Below, in pieces: positions 25,843 through 35,975 of a DNA stretch of 64,000 bases (within the stretch, counting starts at the first letter, position 1; each line of letters opens with the position of its first letter). A model generated the notes under the pieces. It saw only the letters and a list, made by a program, of their open reading frames with translations. It was not told the DNA's origin and made no database searches. Origin of the DNA: Myxococcota bacterium (GTDB lineage Bacteria; Myxococcota_A; UBA9160; UBA4427); the NCBI GenBank assembly GCA_041389445.1, contig JAWKRW010000005.1, positions 242,243-306,242 on the forward strand, written 5' to 3'. The position numbers were made by a program, and so were the translations under genes.

Positions 25843-26640
25843 TTGGCCGACACGCTCGTCGAACGCGAGGACGGTCTCGTCACGCTGACCTTCGATCGTC
25901 CCGAAAAGAAGAACGCGATCAACGCCGAGATCTGGTCGGACCTCGATCGCGTGTTGCGCGAGGTCGCCGCGAATCCCGAGGACCGCGCCCTCGTCCTGCG
26001 TGGCGCCGGGGGCAACTTCTCGGCCGGCGCCGATCTCGGCGGCGGCCTCGCGGGCGGCGCGAAGGGGCTGACGGGCGGTCCGCCGCAGGCCGTTTTGCAC
26101 GAGATGCGGATCGTCGGAGAGCTGATCAATCGCCTCCATCGCCTGCCCAAGCCGACGCTCGCCGTCGTCGACGGCGTCGCCATCGGCGTGGCGCTCGGGC
26201 TCGTGCTGGCCTGCGACCTCGCCGTCGCGAGCGATCGCGCGCGCTTCTGCGAGGTCTTCGTCAAGCGCGGCCTCGCCCTCGACGGCGGGACGTCCTGGTC
26301 GCTCCCGCGGCTGATCGGGCTGCGCCGGGCGAAGCAGATGGCGTTCTTCGGCGACATGCTGAGCGCGCAGGAGGCGCTCTCCTTCGGCCTCGTCAATGCG
26401 GTCGTGTCCGTCGAGGAGCTCGACGGACTCGCGGAGGCCTGGGGCCGGCGGCTCGCCGACGGACCGACGACCGCCTATGGACTGATCAAGCGGATGCTCG
26501 ACGCGAGCGCGTCGCTGACCTTCGAGCAGGCGACCGAGGACGAGGCCCGCGCGCAGCACATCGCCTTCACGACGAGCGACATGCGCGAGGGCATCCAGTC
26601 GTTCCTCGAGCGCCGCGAGCCCCGGTTCAGCGGCCGATGA
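25843..26640 (+). CDS. Enoyl-CoA hydratase/isomerase (crotonase) family
   Basis: LTFDRPEKKNAIN, LRGAGGNFSAGADL and PTLAVVDGVAIGVALGL. TTG start preceded by GGAGA. Confidence 0.9.
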   Translation: MADTLVEREDGLVTLTFDRPEKKNAINAEIWSDLDRVLREVAANPEDRALVLRGAGGNFSAGADLGGGLAGGAKGLTGGPPQAVLHEMRIVGELINRLHRLPKPTLAVVDGVAIGVALGLVLACDLAVASDRARFCEVFVKRGLALDGGTSWSLPRLIGLRRAKQMAFFGDMLSAQEALSFGLVNAVVSVEELDGLAEAWGRRLADGPTTAYGLIKRMLDASASLTFEQATEDEARAQHIAFTTSDMREGIQSFLERREPRFSGR

Positions 26641-28442
26641 ATCCGCCCGATCCGGCGGCGATCCACGCCCGATTGACGGGCCCGGGCGGCGCCTTCGAGC
26701 TCGCCCGGGAGGCGGTCCGCGGCGAGCCGATGACCGTCTTCCGCGATCGCATCCGCTCGACGCGGGCGATGCTCGAGGCGACGGCGCGCTTCGGCGATCG
26801 GCTCTACCTGGTCGAAGGCGAGCGACGCATCCGATTCGACGAGCATCTCGATCTGGTCCGGCGGATCGCGTCCGGGCTCGCCGTGCAGCACGGGATCCGG
26901 CCGGGCGACCGCGTCGCGCTCTTCGCGGCGAATCGCTGGGAGTGGGTCGTCTCGTTCTGGGCGACGAGCTGGCTCGGCGCGATCCCCGTGCTGATGAACG
27001 GCTTCTGGACGGCCGAGGAGTTCGCCGATGCCGTCGCGCGCGTCGACCCCGCGCTGGTCCTCGGCGACGAACCGCGCTTCGAGCGGGTCGCGGCCGTGCT
27101 CGGGCGAGTCCAGGCCGTCTCGTTCGATGGCGGCTTCGTCGAGCGCGTGGGCGGGGACGTCTCCGTCGGCGTGGAGTCGGGATCGAGCTCGTCCTCGCCC
27201 ATCTCGTCCCGGTCGAGCGCGTCTTCGGACGCAGCCTCCGCGACGACATCGGCGAGGGCGGCCGGCGCGTCGGGCTCGGATCCCGCCGAGGACGACCCCG
27301 CCTTCCTCATCTTCACGAGCGGAACGACGGGTCGACCGAAGGCCGTCACCGTGCCGCATCGTGCGGTCTGCGGCTTCTCGCAGGTCAGTGCGTTCACGGA
27401 GTCCTCCGGCCGTGCGCTCTTCGGCCTGCCGCTGCCCGAGCCCGGCGTGCCGACGCCGCCGTCGGACGACGTCGTGCTCGTCACCTCGCCGCTCTTCCAC
27501 GTCTCGATGCTCTATGGCGCCGTCGTGATGGGCGCCGTGAAGGGCTTCCGCATGGTCCTGCTGCCCGGGCGCTTCGATCCGGAGCGGACGCTCGCGGCGA
27601 TCGAGCGCGAGCGCGTCACGCTCTGGATGGCGCTCGGAAGCGCCGCGCCGCGGGTCGCGACGCATCCGGCGCGCGCGCGCTACGACACCTCGAGCCTGCG
27701 CCAGGTCGGCATCGGCGGCGCGCCCGTCAGCCCGACGGTCCAGGAGGCGCTGCGCGAGGCCTTCCCGACGGCGTCGCGGACGCTCGGCATGGGGTACACG
27801 AGCACCGAGGCGGGCGCCGTGATCGCCTCGATCGGAGGCCCCGAGCTCGAACGACATCCGACCTCGACGGGTCGGGTCTCGTTGACGGTCGAGGTCGAGC
27901 TGCGCGACGACGCGGGTCGAGCCGTCGCGCCGGGCGAGGCGGGCGAGGTCCATGTCCGCAGCCCGTACGTCATGCTCGGCTACTGGAACGATCCCCAGGC
28001 GACGGCGGCCGTGCTGCGTCCCGGCGGCTGGCTCGCGATGGGCGACGTCGCGCGCTTCGAGGAGGGGCGGCTCTACATCGACGCGCGGGCTCGAGACATG
28101 CTGCTCGTCAGCGCGGAGAACGTGTCGCCGACCGAGATCGAGCACCGGCTGGATGCCCATCCGTGGGTGATCGAGGCGGCGGTGCTCGGCGTCGACGATC
28201 CGCTGACGGGGGACGCCGTCTGCGCGGTCGTCGTCGTGGACCCGGGCGAGCGGCCCGAGCCGCGGGAGCTCGACGCGTGGTGTCGTCAGGCGCTCGCGCA
28301 CTACAAGGTGCCGACCCGCTGGTACCTGACGGACGAAGCGCTGCCCCGCACGCCCAGCGGCAAGATCGTGAAGCCGGCGGTCCGGCGTTGGCTCGAGCGC
28401 GCGGGCGGCGCCGCGGCGCGCGCGGTCGGAGGTCAGGAATGA
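26637..28442 (+). CDS. Acyl-CoA synthetase / AMP-dependent ligase
   Basis: ATG 26637 overlaps the upstream stop as ATGA. AMP-binding motifs are FLIFTSGTTGRPKAV, GYTSTEAG and PRTPSGKIVK. A Ser/Ala-rich insert precedes the P-loop. Confidence 0.9.
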   Translation: MNPPDPAAIHARLTGPGGAFELAREAVRGEPMTVFRDRIRSTRAMLEATARFGDRLYLVEGERRIRFDEHLDLVRRIASGLAVQHGIRPGDRVALFAANRWEWVVSFWATSWLGAIPVLMNGFWTAEEFADAVARVDPALVLGDEPRFERVAAVLGRVQAVSFDGGFVERVGGDVSVGVESGSSSSSPISSRSSASSDAASATTSARAAGASGSDPAEDDPAFLIFTSGTTGRPKAVTVPHRAVCGFSQVSAFTESSGRALFGLPLPEPGVPTPPSDDVVLVTSPLFHVSMLYGAVVMGAVKGFRMVLLPGRFDPERTLAAIERERVTLWMALGSAAPRVATHPARARYDTSSLRQVGIGGAPVSPTVQEALREAFPTASRTLGMGYTSTEAGAVIASIGGPELERHPTSTGRVSLTVEVELRDDAGRAVAPGEAGEVHVRSPYVMLGYWNDPQATAAVLRPGGWLAMGDVARFEEGRLYIDARARDMLLVSAENVSPTEIEHRLDAHPWVIEAAVLGVDDPLTGDAVCAVVVVDPGERPEPRELDAWCRQALAHYKVPTRWYLTDEALPRTPSGKIVKPAVRRWLERAGGAAARAVGGQE

Positions 28443-29254
28443 TCGGGTCGACGCAGGGCGTCGGCCGCCAGCCGCTCGGCGTCGCGCTTCGAACGCGCGG
28501 CGTCGGCGTCCGACATCGTGAAGCGCGCCTCCCAGCCGATCGGCAGCCGCGCTCCGAGGCCCTGGACGCAGAAGCGGACCAGTTCGGGGATCGACGGCAC
28601 GCGCGAGCTCGAGTCGTTGCCGAGGTAGATGGCCTGGATGTAGCTCATGTGGAGGGCCATCAGGGCGAAGGCCGAGCGCTCGGGATCGCCGCGCTCGATC
28701 GCGCCCGCGACCATCGCTTCGTCGATCAGGCGCGTGAAGACGGCAGCCACCGGCCGGCGCGCGGCGCTGACGCGCTCGGGGGAGGCGAGGGACGCGCGGT
28801 GGACGTAGCGCAGAAGCGCCGCGTTGTAGTCGCGGGCGGTATGCTGGCGATCGTCGAAGGCCCAGTAGAGCGCGGCGCCGATGCGTTCGAGCGGGTCGGT
28901 GAATCGGGCGGCGCGTCGCGTCAGCAGGCGTGCCATCACGATCTGCGACTCCTCGATCAGCGCGATCAGCAGGTCGTCCTTGCCCGAGAAGTGCTGGTAG
29001 AAGGCGCGCAGGGTGAGGCCCGCTTCGGCGGCGACCTGCTGGACCGTGAAGTCATCGCCGCTCGAACGAAGGACGAGGTCGCTCGCGGCGGAGATCAATT
29101 GCTGCCCGCGCCGGACGGATTTGTCCGCCGCCGCGGCGAGGGCGCGACCGACCACGCGGCCGCGCCAGCCGGGCTCGGACTCGACGGATTCGGCGGCGTC
29201 GATGCGCAGGTCGTCCTCGGTTCGATCGGAGCGCGTACTCTTTCGCGGGCTCAT
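28433..29254 (-). CDS. TetR/AcrR-family transcriptional regulator
   Basis: TetR_N HTH (FTVQQVAAEAGLTLRAFYQHFSGKDDLL). Convergent with the acyl-CoA ligase gene and overlapping its end by 10 nt. Confidence 0.9.
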   Translation of the reverse strand: MSPRKSTRSDRTEDDLRIDAAESVESEPGWRGRVVGRALAAAADKSVRRGQQLISAASDLVLRSSGDDFTVQQVAAEAGLTLRAFYQHFSGKDDLLIALIEESQIVMARLLTRRAARFTDPLERIGAALYWAFDDRQHTARDYNAALLRYVHRASLASPERVSAARRPVAAVFTRLIDEAMVAGAIERGDPERSAFALMALHMSYIQAIYLGNDSSSRVPSIPELVRFCVQGLGARLPIGWEARFTMSDADAARSKRDAERLAADALRRPDHS

Positions 29255-29310
29255 GGCAACATGTTAGGGCGACCGGGCCTGAAGGACCATGCTCGCGCAA
29301 GCGAATCGCG

Positions 29311-30653
29311 ATGGAGGTCGCGTCCATGACCGTCGAGACCGTTCGGGGCGCTGCATCCGCTCGATCCGCTGCCGGCGACCTCGCGGAGACCGCAGGGCTC
29401 GGATTCGATCCGAACGCGCTTCGTGGTCGTCGCGAGCGACCCGCTCTCCCGCCCCAAGCTCCCGGGCAATCCCGGCATCGAGATCTTCGAAGGGCATGCG
29501 TTCCACACCAGTCGCTGGGACTACGCCTATACCGGCGGCGATACGACGGGTGGGCTCACGCGCCTCGCCGACAAGCGCGTCGGCGTCATCGGGACCGGGG
29601 CGACGGCGATCCAGCGCATCCCGCATCTCGGCGAGTGGTCCCGGCATCTCTTCGTCTTCCAGCGAACGCCCTCGTCGGTCGACGCCCGACGCAACGCCCC
29701 GACGGACCCCGATGGGTTCCGTTCTCTCCCGCCCGGCTGGCAGGCGGAGCGGATCTGGAACTTCAGCAAGACCCTCTCGGGCGGGATCCTCGACGTCGAT
29801 CTCGTGAGCGACGGTTGGACCGACGTCATGCGCAACCTGGCGGGCATGCTGGCCCGGCGCGACGGCTCGACGCGCTCGCCCGAGGCGCTCGTCCTCGAGG
29901 TCGAGCTCGCCGACTTCCGCAAGATGGAGGCGATCCGGGCGCGCGTCGATCGGATCGTGAGCGATCCGAAGACGGCCGAGGCGCTCAAGCCCTGGTATCG
30001 CCAGTTCTGCAAGCGACCGTGCTTCCACGACGCCTACCTCGAGACCTTCAATCGACCGAACGTGACGCTGGTCGATACCGACGGCCGCGGCGTCGACGCG
30101 ATCACGAAGGAGGCCGTCGTCGTCTCCGGCCGCGAGCATCCGGTCGATTGCCTCGTCTTCGTGACGGGCTTCGAGGTCGGAACGGACTACGCACGCCGCG
30201 CGGATCGCGAGATCGTCGGGCGCGGGGGCACCCCGCTGACGGACCGCTGGTCGACGGGCGTCCGGACCTTCCACGGCCTCTTCGCGCGCGTTCCCCAACT
30301 GCGTCCTGATGGGCGGCGTGCAGTCGGGGCTCACGCCGAACTTCACGGAGCTCTTCGACGAGCAGAGCCGACACGTCGCCCACGTCCTCGGTCACGCGCT
30401 CGGGGCGGGCGTCGCCCGGCTCGAGCCGACCGATCGGGCGGAGGCGGAGCGGGTCGCGGCGGTGACGCAGACGAACCCGATGCTGCTCGATTTCGCCCGG
30501 AGCTGCACGCCTGGCTACGACGACAACGAGGGCCAGCCGACGGAGGGGCCGGGCTGGTTCGGGGGGACCTTCGGCGGCGGCCCGCAGGCCTACTTCGCGT
30601 TGCTTCGCGCCTGGCGGGAGCGGGGCGACTTCGAAGGGCTCGAGCTCGGCTGA
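29311..30653 (+). pseudogene. Baeyer-Villiger (flavin) monooxygenase pseudogene: internal deletion plus frameshift
   Basis: The N-terminal piece ..GFDPNALR (frame 1) joins directly to FVVVASDPLSRPKLPG..FEGHAFHTSRWDY, which carries the BVMO fingerprint, in frame 2. The FAD GxGxxG region is missing. Near 30285 the frame shifts again. FPNCVLMGGVQSGLTPNFTELFDEQSRHVAHVL continues in a third frame to 30653. Confidence 0.7.
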
Positions 30654-30941
30654 GTCGCGGTCTTTTCGGTACGCCCGCCGAGCCAGGGGCCGAGGAGTGC
30701 GGCCGAACGCGTCGGGCGGGAGACGCCGGCCCCCGATCTCGCCGCGAGCCGGATCGCGCCGCTCGTCCGTTCGCCTCTCGAGCGGGGCGGAGACCGTGAT
30801 CCCGCCGCCGCGCCACGAGCAACTCGCCCGCATCCCGCTCGCACCTGCACTCGCGCTTCAAGTGGCTCGAACGGCTCGACGATCGCGCAATCGCGACCGA
30901 ACCGAAGCGGCCAGCGGCTTGAGCGGGGCCGGGGGGAAATC

Positions 30942-33900
30942 GTGATGCGACCGGCGCCTCGTCTGCTCGTCCTCTCTTCGATCCTGTCCATCGGCCTGAC
31001 CGCCTGCAGCGCCGGCCCTTCCGATCGGCCGGCAGCCCAGGCCGCGGTCGAAGAGTCGTTGGAGACGGTCGAGCTGGCCCTGCTCGAGCGTCCAAGGACG
31101 CCCCGGGTACGCGTCGAACGCATGCCCGATCGCATCGCGTTCCTGCCGATGCTCAACCGCGGCAGCCGACTCATCCATCCGATGCTGCTCGACGGTCCGA
31201 GTGAAACGCTCTCGGTGCTCTCCCGATTGGTCGACGGAATCGAGAGCGTCCGGCCGGACGTCCTGGCGGGGATCCTGCGCGAGTCGGGCCGATCCGATTG
31301 GTTCGAATCGCCGACTCCCTTCGTCTATGACGATTCCGTGCTCGAGATCGTCGCGGATCGGACGGGGGCGGGCACGATCGCCTGGAGCGAGATCGGTCCG
31401 GACGACGCCGTCGTGATGACGGCCCGGGCCATGACGCCGGGCGCGAACGATGGGATCTGGAAGGACATCCGCATCGAGCCGGGACCGGGACAATCCATCG
31501 ACCGGCACGTCTTCGACGTGCCGCGGAAGCTGATCCTCGCCCTCTCGTCCCGCATGGCGCTGCGTTCGACGACGCCGGTCTCTGCCGAGGAGCGTGCGCG
31601 CTTCGACGAGGCGATCGAGTCGGCACGGGAGCAGATGTGGACGGGCCAGGCGGGGCCGCTCCGACGAGCGGAGCAGGCGCTCGCGGACCTCGCCTTGCGA
31701 TACCCGGGTCGACCCGAGCCGTGGATCGAGCTCGCGTTCCTACGCGTCCTTCGGCCCATCGTTCTCGGCGAGGAGTTCCGACACGAGCTCATGCTGGATG
31801 GACCGAATCCCGCCCGTCACTTCGCGCTCCGCTTCGAGGATCTCGACGAGGCGCAGCGCGCGCGCCTCGCATTCATCGATCATGCCTACGTCGGTGAGGG
31901 AGACCGCCTGGCGGAATATCTGGCCTTCCTCGACGGGCTGCCGCCGCGGGCACCCGAGCGCGTCCTGTTGGCGTTCCTCCAGGAGCGGGAGCACAAGGAC
32001 CGGTTCCGGATCCCGGCCGGCGTCCTGCCTGGGTACCTCGGCTGGGTCCTCACCGAGCTCGCGGCCATCGAGGGGCGGAGCGAGCAACGCGCCTGGGCGT
32101 GGCAGCTGGTCCAGGATCCGAAGCATCGGCAGGCGCTCGTGCTGGTCCCGCTCGTGACGCATCACGTCCGGCGTGAAGTCGACTCGACGAGCCGCTGGTC
32201 GATGCGGTTGCCGGTCCGCCGTCCCGACCTGGCGCAGGCCGGAATCGAGGCGCTCGAGGTCTGGCGCCATGCCTGCCTATCGCTCGAGGCGGCGGACCGG
32301 CGTTCGGCCTGCGTCGAACGGGTCGCGGCCTTCGTCCGGACCTACGCGCCCGACGCCGAAGTCGATGAAACGTCGCTCCGTCAATCGGCGTCGTGGCAGC
32401 GGCTCGCGGATGGTCTCGTCGTGCCGCTGATGGAAGCGAAGCTGCCGGAGGCGGTCGCGCATTCGCTGGCGGAAGACGCCATCCAATTCAGGGATCCCGG
32501 CTTCGGCGGAATCCTCCATCTGCTCGAGCGTGTGATCGAGGAGTCGAACGCGATCGCGAGCCTGGTCGACGACGATCGCCCGATCCGGGCCTCGGTCGAG
32601 TCGGTGCTGATGACTGATGGCCGCCGGCTGCTCGGCGGAGACGTCGATTGGATTCTCGCCGCGGCCGAGCAGCCGATGCAGATCGGCCGCATGCGGGGAC
32701 GGGCGGACGAATGGGAGCCGTACCGCGATGCGCTGCAGGCCTTCTCCGATCGATACCTCTTCCGTGACTTGATGGAGATTGACGCCTGGCTCGCGCAACG
32801 CGGCCGCCGGCGGATGCCGGAAGAGCGCGAGAAGAAGCTGTTGGCCGACCACCAACCCTATGCGATGCCCTACGTCTCGGTCGCGCATCGGCAGCTCCGC
32901 AAGCGGGGCCGTCTGTCGCGTGCGCAGCAGCTCGAACGACTGGTTCCGACGATGGGCCGCCTCGTCGCCGAGGCCCATAACCTCGAGCGCAAGGCCGGCG
33001 AGCTGGGTCTGGCCTACGACGGTCTGCAGCGACAGATGGCGCGGCGGCCCGACACCTTCGCGGTCGAGATTCGTGACAAGGTGATGAAGGACCTCGGGCG
33101 TCCGAAGGACGAGCGTCTGGCGGCCCTTCTCGAAGGGGAGGCCCTCTTCGCGCTGGACCACGAGATCGAGGCGCGGATCGCGAATCTCGCCATGGAGCTC
33201 GAGCAGTATGACGTCGCTGCTGCGCGTTATTCGCACATGCGTCAGCGGAGCCTGTTCCAACGGCAGGGATGTCACGGCCTCGCGGAGATCGAGCGGAGGA
33301 AGCAGCGCCCGGATGCGCTCGAGGCGGTCATGCTGGACTGCGCCGCCTCGTCCGTCAGCAACTTCGACCGCGCGTCCGCCTGGACTGTCGTGGCCGGTCA
33401 ACGGCGCGATCAGGGCCGGCTGGTCGAAGCGCTGGAAGCGAGCCGGGCGGCGCGCGGCGTGATCGGCGACGCGAGTCACGTGCTGCTCTCGCAGGGATAC
33501 ATCCTCGAGCTGATGGGGGATCACGCGGCTGCCGAAGCGGTCTATCGGCTCAACGACGCCACTTACGACGGAGCCAGCGACGGACGCATCGCGGTGGCGA
33601 TCATGGCCCTCCGCCGCGGGCGACCGGCAGAGGCGATCGAGATCGTCCGCCACCTCGCAATGGAACCCCGCTACCACACCTACGATCTCAGCGACACCGC
33701 GCGACTCGCCTTCCTCGCCGCCGGCGATCTCGCGGGGTTCCGACCGTTCGCGCTGGGGTTGGGACAGCAGGGTCTCATCTCGCTGGCCGAGGCCGAATGG
33801 CAGGTCGATCGAAATCTCGACGAGTCCATGCGACTGCTCGACCTGGCAGCGGAGGGCGACACGGAATGTGCCTGCGTTCCGCTCAGGCGCGCTCGAATCC

Positions 33901-34466
33901 TGCGAGAGGCGGGTCGAGTCGCGGAGGCCCTCGATGCGGCGAAGGTGGCATGGACGCGACAGCAGAACTTCGTCATCGAGCACGAGCTCGTTCGGGCCAG
34001 GATCGCAGCCGGCGATCTCGCGTGGGTTCGTGACCACGTGGCGCGCTCCGATGCCTGGAATCCCGACGGTTGGCTCGCGCGGGTGATGCTCGCCGCGGCC
34101 GAGGGCGACCTCGCGGGAGCGCGCCGTCAGGTCGCCTCGTTCGCCGAGCGCATGCACCCGGTCGATTCGACGTCCAAGGTCAATTGGGCGTGGCAGCTCC
34201 GGCCATTGCTGCTCTTCGAGACGACGCTCGTCGATCGGGTCGGAACGCATGCGGACGACCAGCGTCTGCTCCGGCTGCTCGAGTTCGCGACGAACGGGCT
34301 CGCCTACGACGCACGGTTGTGGGAGGCGCTGAGTATGGTTCGGCGCAAGCTGGGGGACCAGGCGGGCGCCGTGCTGGCCGAGCGTCGCATGCTCGCGCTC
34401 TGGCCCCATCGGGACGGCGCCGCGCCCGTCGCGTCTTCGTCCGACTCGGTGGATTCCCGGACCTGA
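30942..34466 (+). CDS. Large putative lipoprotein (1174 aa), helical/TPR-like repeats toward the C-terminus
   Basis: Signal peptide plus lipobox (LLVLSSILSIGLTAC). The protein is long and alpha-helical in character, with TPR-like stretches (..AAEAVYRLNDATYDG..RGRPAEAIEIVRHL..). No specific family was recognised. Confidence 0.8.
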   Translation: MMRPAPRLLVLSSILSIGLTACSAGPSDRPAAQAAVEESLETVELALLERPRTPRVRVERMPDRIAFLPMLNRGSRLIHPMLLDGPSETLSVLSRLVDGIESVRPDVLAGILRESGRSDWFESPTPFVYDDSVLEIVADRTGAGTIAWSEIGPDDAVVMTARAMTPGANDGIWKDIRIEPGPGQSIDRHVFDVPRKLILALSSRMALRSTTPVSAEERARFDEAIESAREQMWTGQAGPLRRAEQALADLALRYPGRPEPWIELAFLRVLRPIVLGEEFRHELMLDGPNPARHFALRFEDLDEAQRARLAFIDHAYVGEGDRLAEYLAFLDGLPPRAPERVLLAFLQEREHKDRFRIPAGVLPGYLGWVLTELAAIEGRSEQRAWAWQLVQDPKHRQALVLVPLVTHHVRREVDSTSRWSMRLPVRRPDLAQAGIEALEVWRHACLSLEAADRRSACVERVAAFVRTYAPDAEVDETSLRQSASWQRLADGLVVPLMEAKLPEAVAHSLAEDAIQFRDPGFGGILHLLERVIEESNAIASLVDDDRPIRASVESVLMTDGRRLLGGDVDWILAAAEQPMQIGRMRGRADEWEPYRDALQAFSDRYLFRDLMEIDAWLAQRGRRRMPEEREKKLLADHQPYAMPYVSVAHRQLRKRGRLSRAQQLERLVPTMGRLVAEAHNLERKAGELGLAYDGLQRQMARRPDTFAVEIRDKVMKDLGRPKDERLAALLEGEALFALDHEIEARIANLAMELEQYDVAAARYSHMRQRSLFQRQGCHGLAEIERRKQRPDALEAVMLDCAASSVSNFDRASAWTVVAGQRRDQGRLVEALEASRAARGVIGDASHVLLSQGYILELMGDHAAAEAVYRLNDATYDGASDGRIAVAIMALRRGRPAEAIEIVRHLAMEPRYHTYDLSDTARLAFLAAGDLAGFRPFALGLGQQGLISLAEAEWQVDRNLDESMRLLDLAAEGDTECACVPLRRARILREAGRVAEALDAAKVAWTRQQNFVIEHELVRARIAAGDLAWVRDHVARSDAWNPDGWLARVMLAAAEGDLAGARRQVASFAERMHPVDSTSKVNWAWQLRPLLLFETTLVDRVGTHADDQRLLRLLEFATNGLAYDARLWEALSMVRRKLGDQAGAVLAERRMLALWPHRDGAAPVASSSDSVDSRT

Positions 34467-34623
34467 TGCCGGCGGCCCGTGCGGATCGAGCCCCGGAAGG
34501 TCGCGTTCGAGCCTGAAACACGAGGCGCCCAATCCGATCGACGCACTTCTCGAATCAGGGACTTTCCGTCGGCGCACGATCTTTCTTGAACCCGCCTTTC
34601 CGGATCGTCAGAATGCAGATCGC

Positions 34624-35094
34624 ATGGCACGACGTCGCCTTCGCCCGTGGCACACGGATCGGAGGGGAGGTGTCGGTGTTCCCCGATTCTCCGCGATCCG
34701 TTCGCATGCGCGCGCTCGTGCCCTGCTCGCCCTGATGGGTACGCAAGTCGTCGCCTGCGGAACGATGGTGCATGGAACCCGGCAGGAGGTCAGGCTCGAG
34801 TCCGACCCGCCTGGTGCGCAGGTCACGGTCGAGCCGTCCGGAATCGAGGTGGTGACGCCTGGCGCGGTCGAGCTGGAGCGCGAGCGCGACCAGCTCCTCA
34901 CCTTCGAGCTCGACGGCCACGGGCCGCGTGCGCGGCAGGTCAATCGTCAGATTTCGGGCATCTTCTTCCTGAATCTCTTGCTCGGCGGGCTTCCCGGCAT
35001 GGTCGTCGATCTGGCGTCGGGGGGCGCGTACGATCTGGAGCCGGCGACGACGATGACGCTCAAGCCGAAGCTGACGGCGGAAGGGGTTCGATGA
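34624..35094 (+). CDS. PEGA-domain lipoprotein
   Basis: Lipobox-like ALMGTQVVACG. PEGA-type motif VRLESDPPGAQVTV. C-terminal GGLPGMVVDLASGGAYDLEP. The start is uncertain. Confidence 0.7.
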   Translation: MARRRLRPWHTDRRGGVGVPRFSAIRSHARARALLALMGTQVVACGTMVHGTRQEVRLESDPPGAQVTVEPSGIEVVTPGAVELERERDQLLTFELDGHGPRARQVNRQISGIFFLNLLLGGLPGMVVDLASGGAYDLEPATTMTLKPKLTAEGVR

Positions 35095-35762
35095 GATCCG
35101 GATCGTACGGATCATACGGATCGGCGCGTCGCGCGGTCGCGCTCGCCGTCTGCATCGCCCTGTAGAGTGCGTCTTCGGGCTGTTATTAGCGATGGAGCAA
35201 TGCGGCAGGCGATCCCTTTCCGGTCGCGGAGTCGATCGAGACGATTCCGCTCACGGTGGGGGTCGCCCAGAGCGGGCTCGCGAACGCGCCGTCCGCCCCG
35301 TCGATCTCCCCCTCCGACGTGACGGAGCAGCTCGCAACGCGGCTCGCCGAGGATCGCGTCTTCCGGGACGTGATCCATCCCGATACGGCGCTCGCGAAAG
35401 TTCGGGTCGACGTGCTCTTCGATGTCGTCGTTCGCGTCGAGGAGGATGCCCACTGGGGCGAGGACATCTTCAAGGCGATGCTGACCGGGTTGACCTTCCT
35501 GCGGCTCGGCCCGCTCCTACCGTCCCACTTCACGGTCGTCGTCGAACTGACGGCGAACGTCGATGGCGCCGGAGGCACGGAGGTCGACCGAGACCGCTAC
35601 CGGAGCGAGTACGACGACCACAGTACGACCATGACGCCCAGCGGCGAGAAGATGGAGGAGTTCCTTTCCACCGCGAAGCGCCATGCCGTCGAGGACGTCC
35701 TCCTGCAGATCCAGCGCGATCGCCCGCGCTTCATGGCGCTCGTCGACGGCGAGGCGGGCTGA
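35091..35762 (+). pseudogene. Putative lipoprotein gene interrupted by two in-frame TAG codons
   Basis: ATG 35091 overlaps the PEGA gene stop as ATGA. The single reading frame reads MRSGSYGSYGSARRAVALAVCIAL-TAG(35163)-SASSGCY-TAG(35187)-RWSNAAGDPF... It continues into the 168-aa ORF 35256..35762. That downstream ORF alone has no signal peptide. Confidence 0.5.
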
Positions 35763-35975
35763 GCGTCGGGCCGGGAATCGAGTTCGCGTCGATTCGTTCT
35801 CGGAAGCCCTCGGCCCCGTCGACGTCGATATCGACGATCTTGTCATTGCATTGCCGCTGGATTGCTGATGCGCTGCCACGCGGCTCGAACGGCCGTAGGT
35901 TGCGCGGGTGCGCGAGGCCGATTCGATTGCGACCTTCTCGGTCTTCGCAGGCACCCATCTGCACGAGGAGGCCCC

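Noticed and set aside
29255-29265. An AACATGTT palindrome in the TetR/BVMO divergent spacer as a TetR operator.
   Set aside because: It is only 8 bp, present in a single copy, and overlaps the TetR start region. That is too short to distinguish from chance.
35163-35189. The two in-frame TAG codons as pyrrolysine codons.
   Set aside because: No pylS/pylT/pylBCD-like genes are seen. The codons fall in a signal-peptide/lipobox region where Pyl has no precedent. Nonsense mutation or a base-calling error is more likely, and the observation is kept only as a finding to verify.
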